Origin: Phoronis australis
Taxonomy: Eukaryota > Animalia > Phoronida
DNA length: 51,461 nucleotides
Direction of reading: 5' to 3'
Assembly: GCA_002633005.1 (NCBI GenBank)
Contig: NMRA01000085.1
Location: 297,915 to 349,375, forward strand
Shown: one piece after another, positions 1 to 12,417 of the stretch
Numbering within the stretch: the stretch's first letter is position 1
Layout: each line of letters opens with the position of its first letter
Notes under the pieces: model-generated
Database searches by the model: none
The model's input: only the letters and a program-made list of their open reading frames with translations
Told to the model about the DNA's origin: nothing
Position numbers and translations under genes: made by a program

Positions 1-152
1 ACCTTTGCCTTGTCCCAAGTAAAATCGCCTTGCAAAAAGTCAGCAAAGTTAGCGTCCAGCGATAAAACATAGGTTATATTATGTCTCCAATTGTCGAAGG
101 AGTTTATAGTTTCAGATTTCGTCAGACACCACTGCTTGGGTGCCTTAGCCAT
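1..152 (-). CDS. 5' end of a Gag-like polyprotein ORF of a Gypsy-like retrotransposon, running off the left edge
   Basis: ATG at 152; open to base 1: [50 protein letters not shown]. It is absent from the ORF track (50 codons, no stop in the window). The APKQW..ET..SF..WR.N..Y.LSLD.NFA.FL pattern is one I recall from marine-invertebrate retroelement polyproteins (unverified). A PBS-like sequence lies just upstream. Confidence 0.7.
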   Translation of the reverse strand, partial: MAKAPKQWCLTKSETINSFDNWRHNITYVLSLDANFADFLQGDFTWDKAK

Positions 153-167
153 GGTTCGTTAAGAACA

Positions 168-319
168 CGCTGCCGCCACGCCAGTAAAATGAGAGTAAAT
201 GTGTGAACTCAAAATACTTGTGTTTATTTATTGCAAATGGCGAAACCGGAAAGACTAACAAAAATAGTCAAACGAATAACTCGCGTAAAGTAATAAACGG
301 GAAACCAATAGTGGCGCCA
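168..319 (-). mobile_element. Putative short 5' LTR (about 183-319) and primer-binding site (168-178)
   Basis: On the minus strand the segment starts TGGCGCCACTATTGG at the junction with Kolobok THAP sequence and contains AATAAATAAA (223-232). It is followed by TGGCGGCAGCG (178-168), similar to tRNA-Leu-type PBS TGGTGGCAGCG, and then by the ATG at 152. Confidence 0.5.
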
Positions 320-2060
320 AGTATGAGGCCGTGAAACTTCTCCGTGTCTGTCAGTGGCCTGCATTTCGTCGGATCGGTTGTTGATCAATTTTTATTATGG
401 AGAATTGTAGTTGGCCATGAAAACAATTGAAATTAATTCACGGCGTGAGACCATAACGTTTTATATAACCTGTTTGACTCGTTCGTGAGGCTTCTGTTTA
501 GTCCTGATCTAGGTGTAGGATGTTTTCGCCAGTTCTTTTTCTCAGCCCTTAAGAAACTTCGTAAGCACACCTTTTTAGATGCGGTGCAAGATCAGGATGG
601 TCCGTGAGACACATTTGCGCTTCTCCAAGAATCCATTTCACTTGCAGAATTTCGTGGCAGCAAATGCAAGCGTCAGTAGTTTACATAATCGTGCAGTTAG
701 CTCACTGACAACATGACAAGTCATTCAAACGATTTTCGGAACTCTCCATATGTTTCGTTGTATGTTCACGTTCACGAAGTCTCTCTATTATTTCTTGATC
801 AGTGTGTTCCTTTGAAATCTAACCATCAACCTGTGAAGTCTTCGTCGGATGAGCACTCCCCTATTTGGCCATTGAGAGTTGCCATGTTGACGTTTATATT
901 GTGCGTTCTGTTTCAAGAGGAAATTTTCTCACACTAACATGGGCGCGCAGCACTGAAAAAAGTGGAGGCTATAGCCCCCCCCCCAGCCCCTCTTAGGTAC
1001 ACCGTCCATAGACCATGGGCGCCGGAGCACTGATAAAAAGTGGGGGGCTATAGCCCCCAGCCCCCTATGGTGCGCCGGCCATGATAATAATGCTTATGTA
1101 AAACTGAAACAAGTGAAGTCTTTCTCATTGGATACAATATGTAATGCCTTGGAGTGTTCGTGAGTGCAAATGTTTTGAGAAGCCAGCAATGAATAAATTA
1201 CGGCGTTAACGGTTTTAGATGCAACAAAATAATTGACCAAGGACCGAGGCCGTGTGAGCGCATGCTAATGCAGTGTTTGCTGACAGAAAGCTGTTGTGAA
1301 ACAAAAACTCAGTTTTATATCCTATGGTCAGATGTTAGGGGAATCTTTATTTAGATATTCATGTACATTATTCGAATCATTGTTACTGTACGACTTTTGC
1401 CCTGGCGGTTCTGTGGAAGGGTAATTTCGCGGCTCCCGACGAGCCAGTGAGTAGATTTGCAGCATGCACGTTTTTTTCTTTGGCTCACTAGTACTCTTTT
1501 CGTGACTGGAAATTTAGTATCCAATTTTGGCTGGTTTGTGTTCGTGATGTCTTCAGTGCGACCGCGATGGGCCTGATCGGGTTGCGAGCCATTGGCCGGG
1601 AAATCAAGGGTTTTGTGTGTTTAGAACTGAAAAAAAACCCGCAAGTCTAAAATTACAACACGCAGCTGTGTTCTCCTGTCTGTATTTCAAGGACGAATAA
1701 TTTGAATTTATCACCAAACAGATCCCAAACTCACGCCACCGACCTTGGTAAATTGGCCTACCTAACTTTGTAAGCTACATAACAGCGAAATAAAATGACA
1801 CGTTTGTTCAATACCTCGATGTATTTGTAAGGTTTTACATCGAATATTGGTGACTTATTGGCGTAAAACGATGAATTCAAGCGATTAAATGACACCAGTA
1901 AGCGTGTTGTGAACTGCTGAACAGACTGCATTCGAACCTCTGACGTCATTGGTTAATTTCAACACCTCCGTCTGCCGTCAGGTGTCAGGTAAAAGAGCTG
2001 TACTTGCTGCTGTTGACGGTCAGTGGAACTACTCGGTTGTTTTTTGGGTGGCATTCTCCT
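320..2060 (-). mobile_element. Kolobok-type non-autonomous DNA transposon, copy 3 (inverted; interrupted on the left by a retroelement)
   Basis: Ends GGGTGGCATTCTCCT|TTAA (2046-2060, TTAA at 2061). Colinear in reverse with 47886-49910. Decayed KolX-like ORF from ATG 885 to about 470 with stops and frameshifts. THAP fragment (KYEAVK.LRVC..HFV) on the plus strand at about 319-370. Confidence 0.85.
938..1083. mobile_element. Tandem pair of small MITE-like units inserted in Kolobok copy 3
   Basis: Two units of about 70 bp (CATGGGCG..GCACTGA.AAAAAGTGG.GGCTATAGCCCCC..CCAT). Absent from the aligned position in the other two Kolobok copies. Confidence 0.6.
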
Positions 2061-2389
2061 TTAACTTATCTTTGAACCTATAACTTTGAATATTGAAAGA
2101 AAATTTAACAGGTCGTCCTTCCAAAACTCTTGAGTTTTTGCGTAAGTTTGTGTGACCGTTCTCTGACTAATTATATGACACTAAATGTCAATTCGATTTT
2201 TTTGTTTTTAGTCAGTTAACAGCTCATCATGTAGCTTTAACTAAACAGGAGTTCAAGAAACGTATGGTTAAGGCTTTTGATTACTAGAACTGAGTAAGTT
2301 TCAATAAAATCGTCCAAAGTGTGCTAGGTAAAGTTTATTCTGTTCATTGTAGTTATTAGTAACTTGGGTAACTCTCAGCTTTTGTGGAC

Positions 2390-5300
2390 TTTTTAAAGTG
2401 CAATTATTGTATGAAGTGACAACTCTGTTTTTGAAGCGAAACATGTTTTTCAATACTGCCTTTGGCAATTCTTAAATGCATTTCTATGTGCCAATTATTA
2501 GATACGAGTTCAAGTACTGTACGTAGCAAATCTTGATCGGGTATTTTTAGGCCTCTCGAGTTTTGATTCTTTTGGCAACTGCAGACATCTAGTTTTCTTT
2601 AGCGCCGTGGTAGATTTGCGAAAAACGCAAATCATGCTCTTAATCTATGGCTTAAGGAAAAAGAGTGGCGTAGATACTTATTTACCGCCAAACATCAGCT
2701 ATATGTAAATACTTAGAAAGTCTTTTAAAAAGAGATTTCGACTGCAGGTTTCCCGTTATTTGTGGGCACATCGAACTTTTTTACAATTCCCATGAGACTT
2801 TGAGTCCTAGTTATTTTGTTTGGCGTCTGCGCATGGAGAGTTTCAACTCACAGAGGAGTTGTTAGTCGCGATACGTTCGACACTAATTACGTATAAATGT
2901 ATTCGTTTCAACTTCAAGATAGCGTTTTTGTTCTTTCGGTACATTCATTTAAAGTGTTAAAATATCGCAGAAGATTCACCGTAAACAACTGCTCGAATAC
3001 TCAAGTTTACGTCAAGACCGTCTAATGCAGGCAGAAAGAAAAAGAAAACTAACAACCTCTTAAGCAACTTCATTTGCGTTTAATAGACAAACATATGTTG
3101 TTTAATTCACGGAGAACTTTGCCATACTAATTACCTGTAAGTTCATTCATTTAACCTTCACGATGGCGGTGTTGCTCTTTCGCTGCATTTACTACACGTG
3201 TTTAAAATAAACATGTAGAACCGTCATCGTAAACAACTCCTTAAATACTCAAGTTTAGGTCAAGAGTGTCTAACGAAGGGAAAAAGAAAAAGAAAATGAA
3301 AAACAACAACCATCAGCATTTTCCTCTGCGTTTATTGACCAAACATATGCTGTTTTACTCGAGGAGAAATTTGCCCTCGATTACACTATAGATCAATGAA
3401 ACTCTAATTAGTCTATATAAAAGTAGTCGCAAGTTCTGTAACAAAACATTGTTGCAGGACCACGTGATTGCAATGCTGGGCTTGGCTGTACTGTGTACCG
3501 GTACCTAATAGGCTGTAGCTAAGCTAATGATTTAGCGTAAAAAGTCCACACTACTTTCAGTTTGACGTCTGCAGCCAAAGAACAAAAATCGCGTACACAC
3601 ACCCTGTAGTCAGGGCAATTTTGTACAGACATTTCGCCTTACTGAGCTCTAGCCAGACAGGACAGAACCAAAGTAGAGAATGCATCTTCGACTGCATTTC
3701 CACTATAGCAATCAATGGATGGCTCGAAATTCCCTAAATGGCACTATGAAGAAAACGGTCCTGCTCTTAGAAATGTATGAATTCTCTAAGTCACGTGATA
3801 CCGTTAGCCACAGACGCCCTCATCCTGGTGAACGTTCCGTAGCATACAGACGTAGTTCTTGCGTGAAAACCAAGATCTTGCATAACCTCGCAAAATCAAA
3901 AAGCGAGTGTGTTTCTGAGCACGCTTGGCACCTTACTATCTTGTCCTAACAAAATGGCTCCCACTGAAGTGATTGAAGCGTGGGACTGAACTCGCTGTTT
4001 CCGTTCCATAAGCGGAGAGTTTTCGCCACCAGTGCACTCAACCTGATGAACTGCTTTCTGCTCTGAATTACATAGGCGGATCCAGTAGGGTCAAGGGGGT
4101 CCGGCCCCCCTTTTCCCTTGGTTTTTGTGATATCAAATCTAAAGTTTTCAAATTGTTGACTTGGACACCCTTTTTAAAAAATAATCTTTGACCCGAGCCC
4201 CCTTTTAAAAATCCTGCATCTGCCTCTGAATCCGTGTGCAACATTGCCGCCCACTCATTCTTTTCATGATATACATTTTAAACATGTATATCACGATAGA
4301 GAATCCTGTGTTAACACCCACACCGGTCGAGATTGGACAACTGGGCGGGTTTGAGTACCTCAAAATCTGCAGACATTGATCAAAGATGTTAAAGTTACTT
4401 ACAGCGCCCCAAGCTACAGATGGTATCGTTCTCTTGATAATCAGACACATCACAAACAAGAGCGACAATAGTATTTTTAAATTTTCTTGAAAATTTGTAA
4501 ATAGCATATTTGAATAGTTCGTGAAAAGTACACGTGATTAGCTTTTTATATTCTGAAAATCGGACAAATGATGTGATCTTTAAAACTTAAAACTTTTGTT
4601 CAATGTCGTCATATTATGTTCATCAGTAATTCTGCTGGGTGTCCAACATAATGGGAGACTTTCAGGAACAGTGGGGGCTGATCACGTGGAACCGGTGACT
4701 CATATTGCCATCTAGCTGTACCATGGTAGAAATCAATTGTTGACTCTCGGCAAGAAAAATCTAACCAAAATTACGAGGTCTCCTTGAAAACACACGACAA
4801 TTTCTCGTATAATCTCGCAGTCTTACCTTTCTAGAGGGCATGTGCACCCGTGCATAAAGGGAGGGTCGTGGAGAGCAAAGATACCAGGATATTTTTGTCA
4901 TACGAAGGCTCAGAGTGTCTAATCCAAGAATTCTTTGAATTATGATGTAGTTCATTGGTTTTTAAATTGTTTGCGGCTGTCATTATGCTAAAGACCTTGA
5001 AATTCTAAAGCGTACAGGTAGTAAGATAATACCTGTACACTACCACAACACAATCTCATTACCGCTCCGTAGGTGTCGCAAGAACAATCCTTCTTAATAA
5101 ATATTGCTTTCCCAATAACATCCTTTTCGCAATTATTCGGGAAAAATGTCAATTGTTTTGAATTTTTCATTGTAGCATTTTGTGACATTGCTCTGATCAT
5201 TTTCTCCATTACAAACACTGATCTAAATGTTCACCATAATTTGATTACTTCGTTCCTGATGCCATTGAATTCTAAGGAAGTCAATTTTTTGTTGATTTAT

Positions 5301-6893
5301 GGCGGGACGTCTTGATGCTGCACTGGGTAAAAATGCCTTGTGATTTTCTAAGGCAATTAATCTAGACCATTGCCAGTGTTTGCCGTCAAGGTTATGGTGC
5401 AAACGCCTACTGTATGATAGCCTTTTTCCTCGTTCACAGACGATTTGATACTAAATGCACCACTCTAAACGTAGAATAAATAAAAATATGTTTGCGTTGT
5501 TGGATAATTAAAATGTGCAATTTCGCTTTATACCCTTTTGCTGACTCCCAAGGGAATTTTGAATTAACCTTTAGCCTCTCGCCAATCCCAAGTTATAAGT
5601 TTCTTCGATTAAGGAAAAATTCAACATCAGTTCATTGTGCTGCGTACAAAGTGCAAGCAGCACTAAAGTTGGAGAAAAACGCCCCCTTTTATACTCTCAT
5701 GAAACAACTTCTGAAGTACATACGTGTTGATTGTTGGAGCGGGGGTGGNGGGGTTGACCGAGATTCCTTTATAGATCTTGTAAAAATTTCACCTTTGCAA
5801 TTGATAATTTTAATAAGCGTTCGATACTACAAGCACAGCCTGGGAGCCACATCATGTTTAAATGAATTTGGCCCACTCCTTCGGATGACCCCTATTGGCA
5901 GGTACCATGAGATAGCTCTCGACGCAGCCCTTCAGAAACCGCCTGGTGCCACAAAATGGTCCGTAGAAACGGCAAAATATAAAAAACACAAATGCATGGA
6001 CAAAAACATACTTGATTTTAGAAAGGAATGAGGGTACAGACATAGTTTCACAACACACCCTAACAAATTTATATCCTGTTGCAACTGAAACATAAAATTG
6101 TGGTTGAAATGTTTTTAATATTTCGAAGGGTATCAAAGTGGAAACGAAGTTTTGAGTTCTTTAAGAATAATATTTTCCAGCTTGTTGGCAACGAATGTTT
6201 TCTGCAAGCAATGTGATTTTAGTTAGTACCGCAAACGAACCACCGTGTTTGTGCGATGTTATGTTATAAAAAATGCGCTATTTTTACATCACTTTATAAC
6301 CGAAAAATTTGGACTTTTGGTCCAGTAATTTTATCGATATTTAGTTTAGTTTTTTCCTTTAATGCTAAAATTAGTATTTATATTTCAACCAACATGAACG
6401 GGGTTGATGAATAATGACTAATTCAACCCATGCTTTTAAGTTAAAGCATTACGCGACGTAAATTTACATTTACACTCTGGTGCAGATTTGCGTAGGATGC
6501 ATATTTACTTTCGGGTGTAAAAGTGATACATAAGAACTGGGCTTTACCTTCACTCCAAAATCTCGATTCACCTCATCCTTTTTGATTGATAAATTTTAGA
6601 AATGATGTCACTACATCACCACCTCAATGCGCTTTAGGAATGTTTAGCATGGCATCATTTTGACGCTTTGGACCCAGTGTGACGGCTTGTCTATTCTTAT
6701 TTCGGTCCAAATTGCGTCACATCACCAAATATCGGAACTGAAAGATACTGGACATCTGATATTTAGCACGGCGCTAAACAAGCTTTGTAATCTCTCTTTC
6801 GAAAATGGCAACATGAGACCAATACCAAACACGTTCAAATACATGTACGCGGTACATGTACCTTGTCAACGATAAAAGTACATGCTATGCGAT
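2390..6893 (+). repeat. Segmental duplicate of 40060-43667 (direct orientation)
   Basis: Colinear matches from AAAGTGCAATTATTGTAT..ACAACTCTGTTTTTGAAGCG to ACACGTTCAAAT..CATGCTAT.CGAT, with many substitutions and indels. Confidence 0.9.
4071..4228 (-). mobile_element. MITE (CAG/CAT-GGCGGATCC TIR family)
   Basis: CATAGGCGGATCC...GCATCTGCCTCTG. Same family as 12268-12417 and 16523-16674. Absent from the duplicate near 41460. Confidence 0.7.
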
Positions 6894-9242
6894 CGTATCC
6901 AAATGCTCGATAGGGGCAAACTGATCAGCAATAATATCAAATATCAATACCATTGCCACTCATATCAAATGTATCAATTGCCGCCATTTCCCTTTATGTG
7001 AAAGTATACATTCTTTCATGCTAAAGAGCTCCCAATGATGGAATAAATTTCCACTGATTTTTGTGAAATTACACACCAATTCATTGTAAGTTGAAATCTG
7101 ACTAAACACTAAAATTACGCATACTTATTTCGGCCAAAATAAAATGACAAACGAAGCGGCACCTGACAGTTGAACAGGGAGGTCGCAGGAGATTTGCTTC
7201 GCAAAGGAATGCGAAAATAACAGCAAAAGTAAAGCAAATTCACATAAGAAAATCTAAGTATTTCGATGAAAAAGCTCTGAACTGCTGATGAAATATTTTC
7301 TGGCATTTCAGTTAATTCATCGCATTTGTTGAGCTCTTTTGCTATTAATCCACACAGGGAGTTTCGTTTTTGCACCAATTCCGTCAAAGGGGAATACGAA
7401 TGAAATAAACAAAATTTCTTTTCTATTTAACAATGTTCTTTATTTCAAATTTAAAACTAAAATAAAGTCACGAAAACCAATTTTCTTCAAAACAGCCAAG
7501 TGTCTAACGGAACTGAGTGTAATATTATGCAGCCCATGAGTGGTTTTGAGCAATTAAAGTCCCCTGTCCGTTACCTATGTTACACTTACCAGTAAACCAA
7601 CACAGCTTCGTCTTGTGAGGCAAAGGAAGAATTTGATGAAGCAGCCCTGGGAATGCTCTTTATAGATTTTCAACGGATGACTTTTCTCTTTCAACCAATC
7701 AGATTGTTGTAGAGATGTTTGTGTCACATAAACAAGTCATGTTGACGGTTAGTCGTTTATAAGAGATGCATTAACTGGGGTCCGTTCCTTAGACCAAAGG
7801 CACTCATAATGAACAAGATCATGCAAGTCTTCATTTTATGACTTACTTATATTGAGCATTGTTTCCCGTATTCACCTCCCGATAAATATAAAATCTTTGG
7901 CACTACTTCAACAGTGACTTCTGACATGCAATCTACATTCATGTAGGATGTAATGCGCCACGTGAACAGCCTGAGAAGCATTTAAAAATCTGTTGAAAAA
8001 ATGAAACTTAGGAATTCGATACCTCGATTGGCGTAGATGAAGTAATATCCTACAAGACGTTATTCCGCGTATCGACTGAGACCGAAGTTCGAGGTCGATA
8101 CGTAGTTGTACTTTTTTCTCGTTACATGGAATATATTTTGCATTCGAAATTTCCCGAGAACGAAGAAAAGGTATTTCGATACACATAATTATGAGAAATA
8201 TTGTTAAAATGGCCAATTTTTATGAATAAGGTTTGAGATACCCGCCGTTAAGTTGCATTTAAACGAGAGACAGCTGTCATGGACCAAGTAACACGGAACA
8301 GCTGATGGCGAGGTGCAAGTGTGTGTAAACATGGAGCAAATTGACATCGAGGCGGTCATTTTTGACAACGGTTTTAGAGGTAGAGCGAATTGATCTCAAT
8401 CAGCTGATCCAGTTTCAACTACACGTCTAAACACAAACGGGACAGTGCGGAAAGGAAAATTACCCTTTTTTTCAATGCACTTGCGCAATGAGTTATATAC
8501 CGGTGATCTGCTGGCATTTCACGTGGAGTGGAGTTCACTATTGTTTGTGCGAGCATGTGCAGACAGCCTTGGTGTAAGTGACTCATGTCGATTAAGTTTG
8601 CGGTCTAATGTCGCGTAAATGCGACTGAGCAAGTCACGCCGTTACAACTGACACGGTGACAACTGTTCCTCGTGTAAAAAGTGTCGTTAGAAAAGAACAC
8701 GCAGGTTGATGTCTTGTTTCCGTTTCTTGACTGCCTCCTCTGTTGGAAAATCTCGAGACGGCGCATTGATGGTAACAAATTGACATTTACATTACCTTGC
8801 TTTCTTTCGACCGCCTCCGCAATAGTATTCTGTTCGTCTTTTTGACATTGTCACTTGCAGACGACCAGCGGTAGCACCTACACGAGATTTCTCTGTGAAG
8901 CGAGAAATCGCCATTACAAAGAGCGCTGATCCTCCTACGCAATTGAACATTTCGTTGCTGTAAATGAGTGATTTCAGGGAAGCGACGGACATGAAGTGGA
9001 ATAGTGGAACTTTCGCTTGCTATTTTTAGGACTCGCAATCGAAGTAAGAATGGCATTTGCGGTGCGACTTGATTCGAGCTGACTGTGAGTCGACACGCGA
9101 GTAGGTTTCCCGAAATTAATATTTATTGGCAAGTTGCGAAAGTATTCGCAATGTTGGCGAATGGACTTCGCTCTGTCATAGCCAGTATCGCTTAGAATTC
9201 ACCAATGGCGAGCTGGCGAGCGGCTAGGGCTAGCCTAGTAAT

Positions 9243-9248
9243 GTGTTT

Positions 9249-9302
<54 letters not shown>
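9243..9302. repeat. (GT)n microsatellite
   Basis: Direct read. Confidence 0.95.
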
Positions 9303-9307
<5 letters not shown>

Positions 9308-12267
9308 ATTTCTTTTGTTTGCATATGTAAATACGTTCATTTACTTGTGTAAAATCAATTCAGTTCAGTCAACCAAGCCTAAACTTGTACTATGAAAACG
9401 AATGACTTTTCATCTGCACCACTCGTTCTAACCGTTTTCATTTTGGTTCCACTTTGAAGTTCAACAATAGAGATTAATGAACGCGTAAAAAACTCCATAA
9501 TATTTCTACACGAGTGCTCACGGAGAGGCAATTAATTCTTACACACGGTTCGGGAGGGGCCAGTTGTCACCAGCTTTGTTAGACTTTCTACCATAAAACT
9601 TTAAATGACGTCAATGTTTCATAATAAAGGAAGATTATCCGCGAGAAAAGTAATTTTCTGAGATCAGCCTCAGCGCGGAATGGAACCTGCAACCCTGAGG
9701 TCGTAGTTTAAGTCGAGAGGAGACGAAGAGCTACGCGCCTCAAATGCATATAATTATTAAATCAGCTCATAGATCACGTCTTCACGTTAAAATTGTAACC
9801 GTGAAGTTTTTGGCTTGCAAGGCGTTGAGGCAAATGTCTCACTCAGTTGTTTCTTTAATAGGTAGGGCGTTCGAAAATCCTAACACGATGCAGCCGAAGT
9901 GAGCTAAATACTTAACCGATAACATCCAGAAAGTAGTGGAAATTAGTAATTATATGACATCTCAACAACAAATCCCCCTCGCTGGCTCATTTTAATCGTA
10001 TATGCTACATTTTCACTGATAATTGCAAACGTTATGACTATTAAAAACTGGCGAGCATTTCGGTGGATGTTTGCGCTAACCCAACGAGCTGAGCTGTATT
10101 TCACTTGAGGACGAAATGTCAGTTCGCAGCTTCGTGTCTACAAATGCCCAAATAACATTCGGCAGGGGGAGTTAAAGGCCAATGTATTTTAAGCGTATTT
10201 AACTGATGAAGTCACCGACGGTCAGCGAATGTCTAAAAGACAACGACGGGAATTGGACGTAACGAAATCACAAAAACACAAAGGATTTGGTTGTTTTATT
10301 TGTTTGTTTGTTTGTTTGTTTGTCATTGAGTGAATGTAATCAGCAAACAATTCATGTGGACACCATTGCCTGCATGTCTACTATACAGATGCATGTGTTT
10401 TCGTTGCTACGAGTTATTAAGCTTTCGCATCCGACGCAAAATAACCGATTGCTGAAGCTTATTTTGTCAAGCAACTTTGATGACGAATCTAGAAGCACAG
10501 TTCTGACAGAGGGGTAATTTATTGTATATATGAAAAGCAGACTAGCGTTAGTACAGCAGTGTATAAAGATATAATGCAAGTTCTTTCGCACAAAATAATT
10601 GCCGAATTGTTAATTTTTTATTTGTCAAAGGCTGATTATCTAACTGTAAATAATTAAATGTTGCTTAACACTCTAAACTTCAAAATTATCAACTGGATAA
10701 GTTTAATTGTTGCATGACAACGTGGCGCGTGATAATGCAACGTCATTGTTGCTATGCAAAGTATAACTTTTATGCAACTGAGCTCTGGCGTGTGCGAAAT
10801 AGGTGGAGATTAACCGTAATTACACGCATTCATCAATCGCAGACAACATAGAAAACCTCCCCAAGTATTTGCAAATATAAATTTTCAACATCGGCGTATG
10901 TAGTGACATCACCGTTTTGCAGAGTTGCTAAGCATTTTCTCTAACAACAGCTGCCTTACAAATGAACCGATGTTTTCGTAATTAAGTAGGGAATGTCTCA
11001 TTACGAAAAAGCACACTTTCCGTTGATACATGTACCTTCAGTTTGGCAAAATATGACAACAGGTAGGGCATATGGCGGAGTCGTTTTCATTATGACAGAA
11101 CAGTCAAAAATTCGTTCTGTAGCCACTTGCAGTGAAATTTGGTGATAGCTGTTAGAATGAAAACATTATGAGATATATCATTACGGTTACCATTGAACTA
11201 AATGCCTAATGGCAAATAATGCATGTTTTTTGATCACCACATTGCTTTCTAAGACTGTACTCTGAATATTTACCTCAGGAGTCGCACTTAAGAATGAAAG
11301 ATTTGTTTAGAACATTAAAGAAAATTCTTACACTGCAATACAAAACAAAACAAAACAAAAAGTGTTTGTTGAGACAGTGAAGTCTCTTGTAATTGTTCAA
11401 ACCCTCAAAAAGTTAATGCTGCTGCCATTTTTGCTGCCATTTGTTTACGCTAGAAGTTTGTTACGAAAGGTTTGTTATCGTGCTGTGAGCTAAATGACTC
11501 TAGATATACACGTAGGCCATTGATGACAAAGGTCTCTTGCGATATGAGTGCTTGAAGAACTTCCGTCGTTTGCTGTCATCGAGGAAACTGAGAAAGATTG
11601 GTGTCGTGTTGCGTCAATGGACTTCAAGATTGTTGTCGTGTTGCGTCAACAAACTTCAAGTAATCTTATCTACTGCAAGATTATTATTTAATATTAATAC
11701 TAAAATTTCCAGAAACATCGCTCATTTTACAACATGAAATTCAAAAACTGTATTTATGATTAATTTTGATTTGTGACTTAGTCAATATTTGTACAATGTG
11801 TGGACAATTACATGGAGAGGTTCATTCACGAAAGGGACAAACCTTTCAAAAATATAGATAGCCAGTAAAGTCAAACTACTGTAGCCGATTTCATAAAGGT
11901 GGTTTAAAGTTAAACCTGGTTTAAACTGGACTTAGACCAGGTTTAAAGATAATGTACATATTCATAAAGGTGGTTTGTCTTTTCAACCAGTGGTCTAGTA
12001 AAACCAGGTTTAACTCTAGTTTAGACCTAGTTTAAGCCAGTTTTCATTTCACCAACGAGTTTTATACTCCTTAGACCTGTATTAAGATCTTAAACCAGGT
12101 TTGACTTTAGACTTGGTCAGACCCAGGTTTAATACTGTTAAATATGACAGACTTACACGATATAGGTGCAACTGAATGATGCCGTGATGTACATTTACGA
12201 CGCCGGCTTAGAGCGAGAATGGACTATTTAAATTTTCAGTTCAACAAAAACATAAGATCAAACTTAG

Positions 12268-12417
12268 CAGGGGCGGATCTCGGATTATTTAAGGGGGGTT
12301 GGATCAAGAATTTTTTAAAGATAGATTCAAGTCAACAATTTGTAAATATAGATTTGATATAACTAAAATCAAGTGAATAAGGGGTCCGGATCCCTTGACC
12401 CCCTGGATCCGCCTATG
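12268..12417 (+). mobile_element. MITE, shared by both arms of the inverted repeat (partner 16523-16674)
   Basis: CAGGGGCGGATCT...GGATCCGCCTATG, flanked by CTTAG/CGTAG (5-bp TSD with one mismatch). Confidence 0.7.

Noticed and set aside
5492-6031. 179-aa ORF
   Set aside because: No recognisable motif; the duplicate at about 42660-43085 has indels that break the frame.
9655-9740. tRNA gene or tRNA-derived SINE head on the minus strand (GGTTCCATTCC B-box-like)
   Set aside because: No convincing cloverleaf or A-box and no second copy in the window; at most a decayed SINE.
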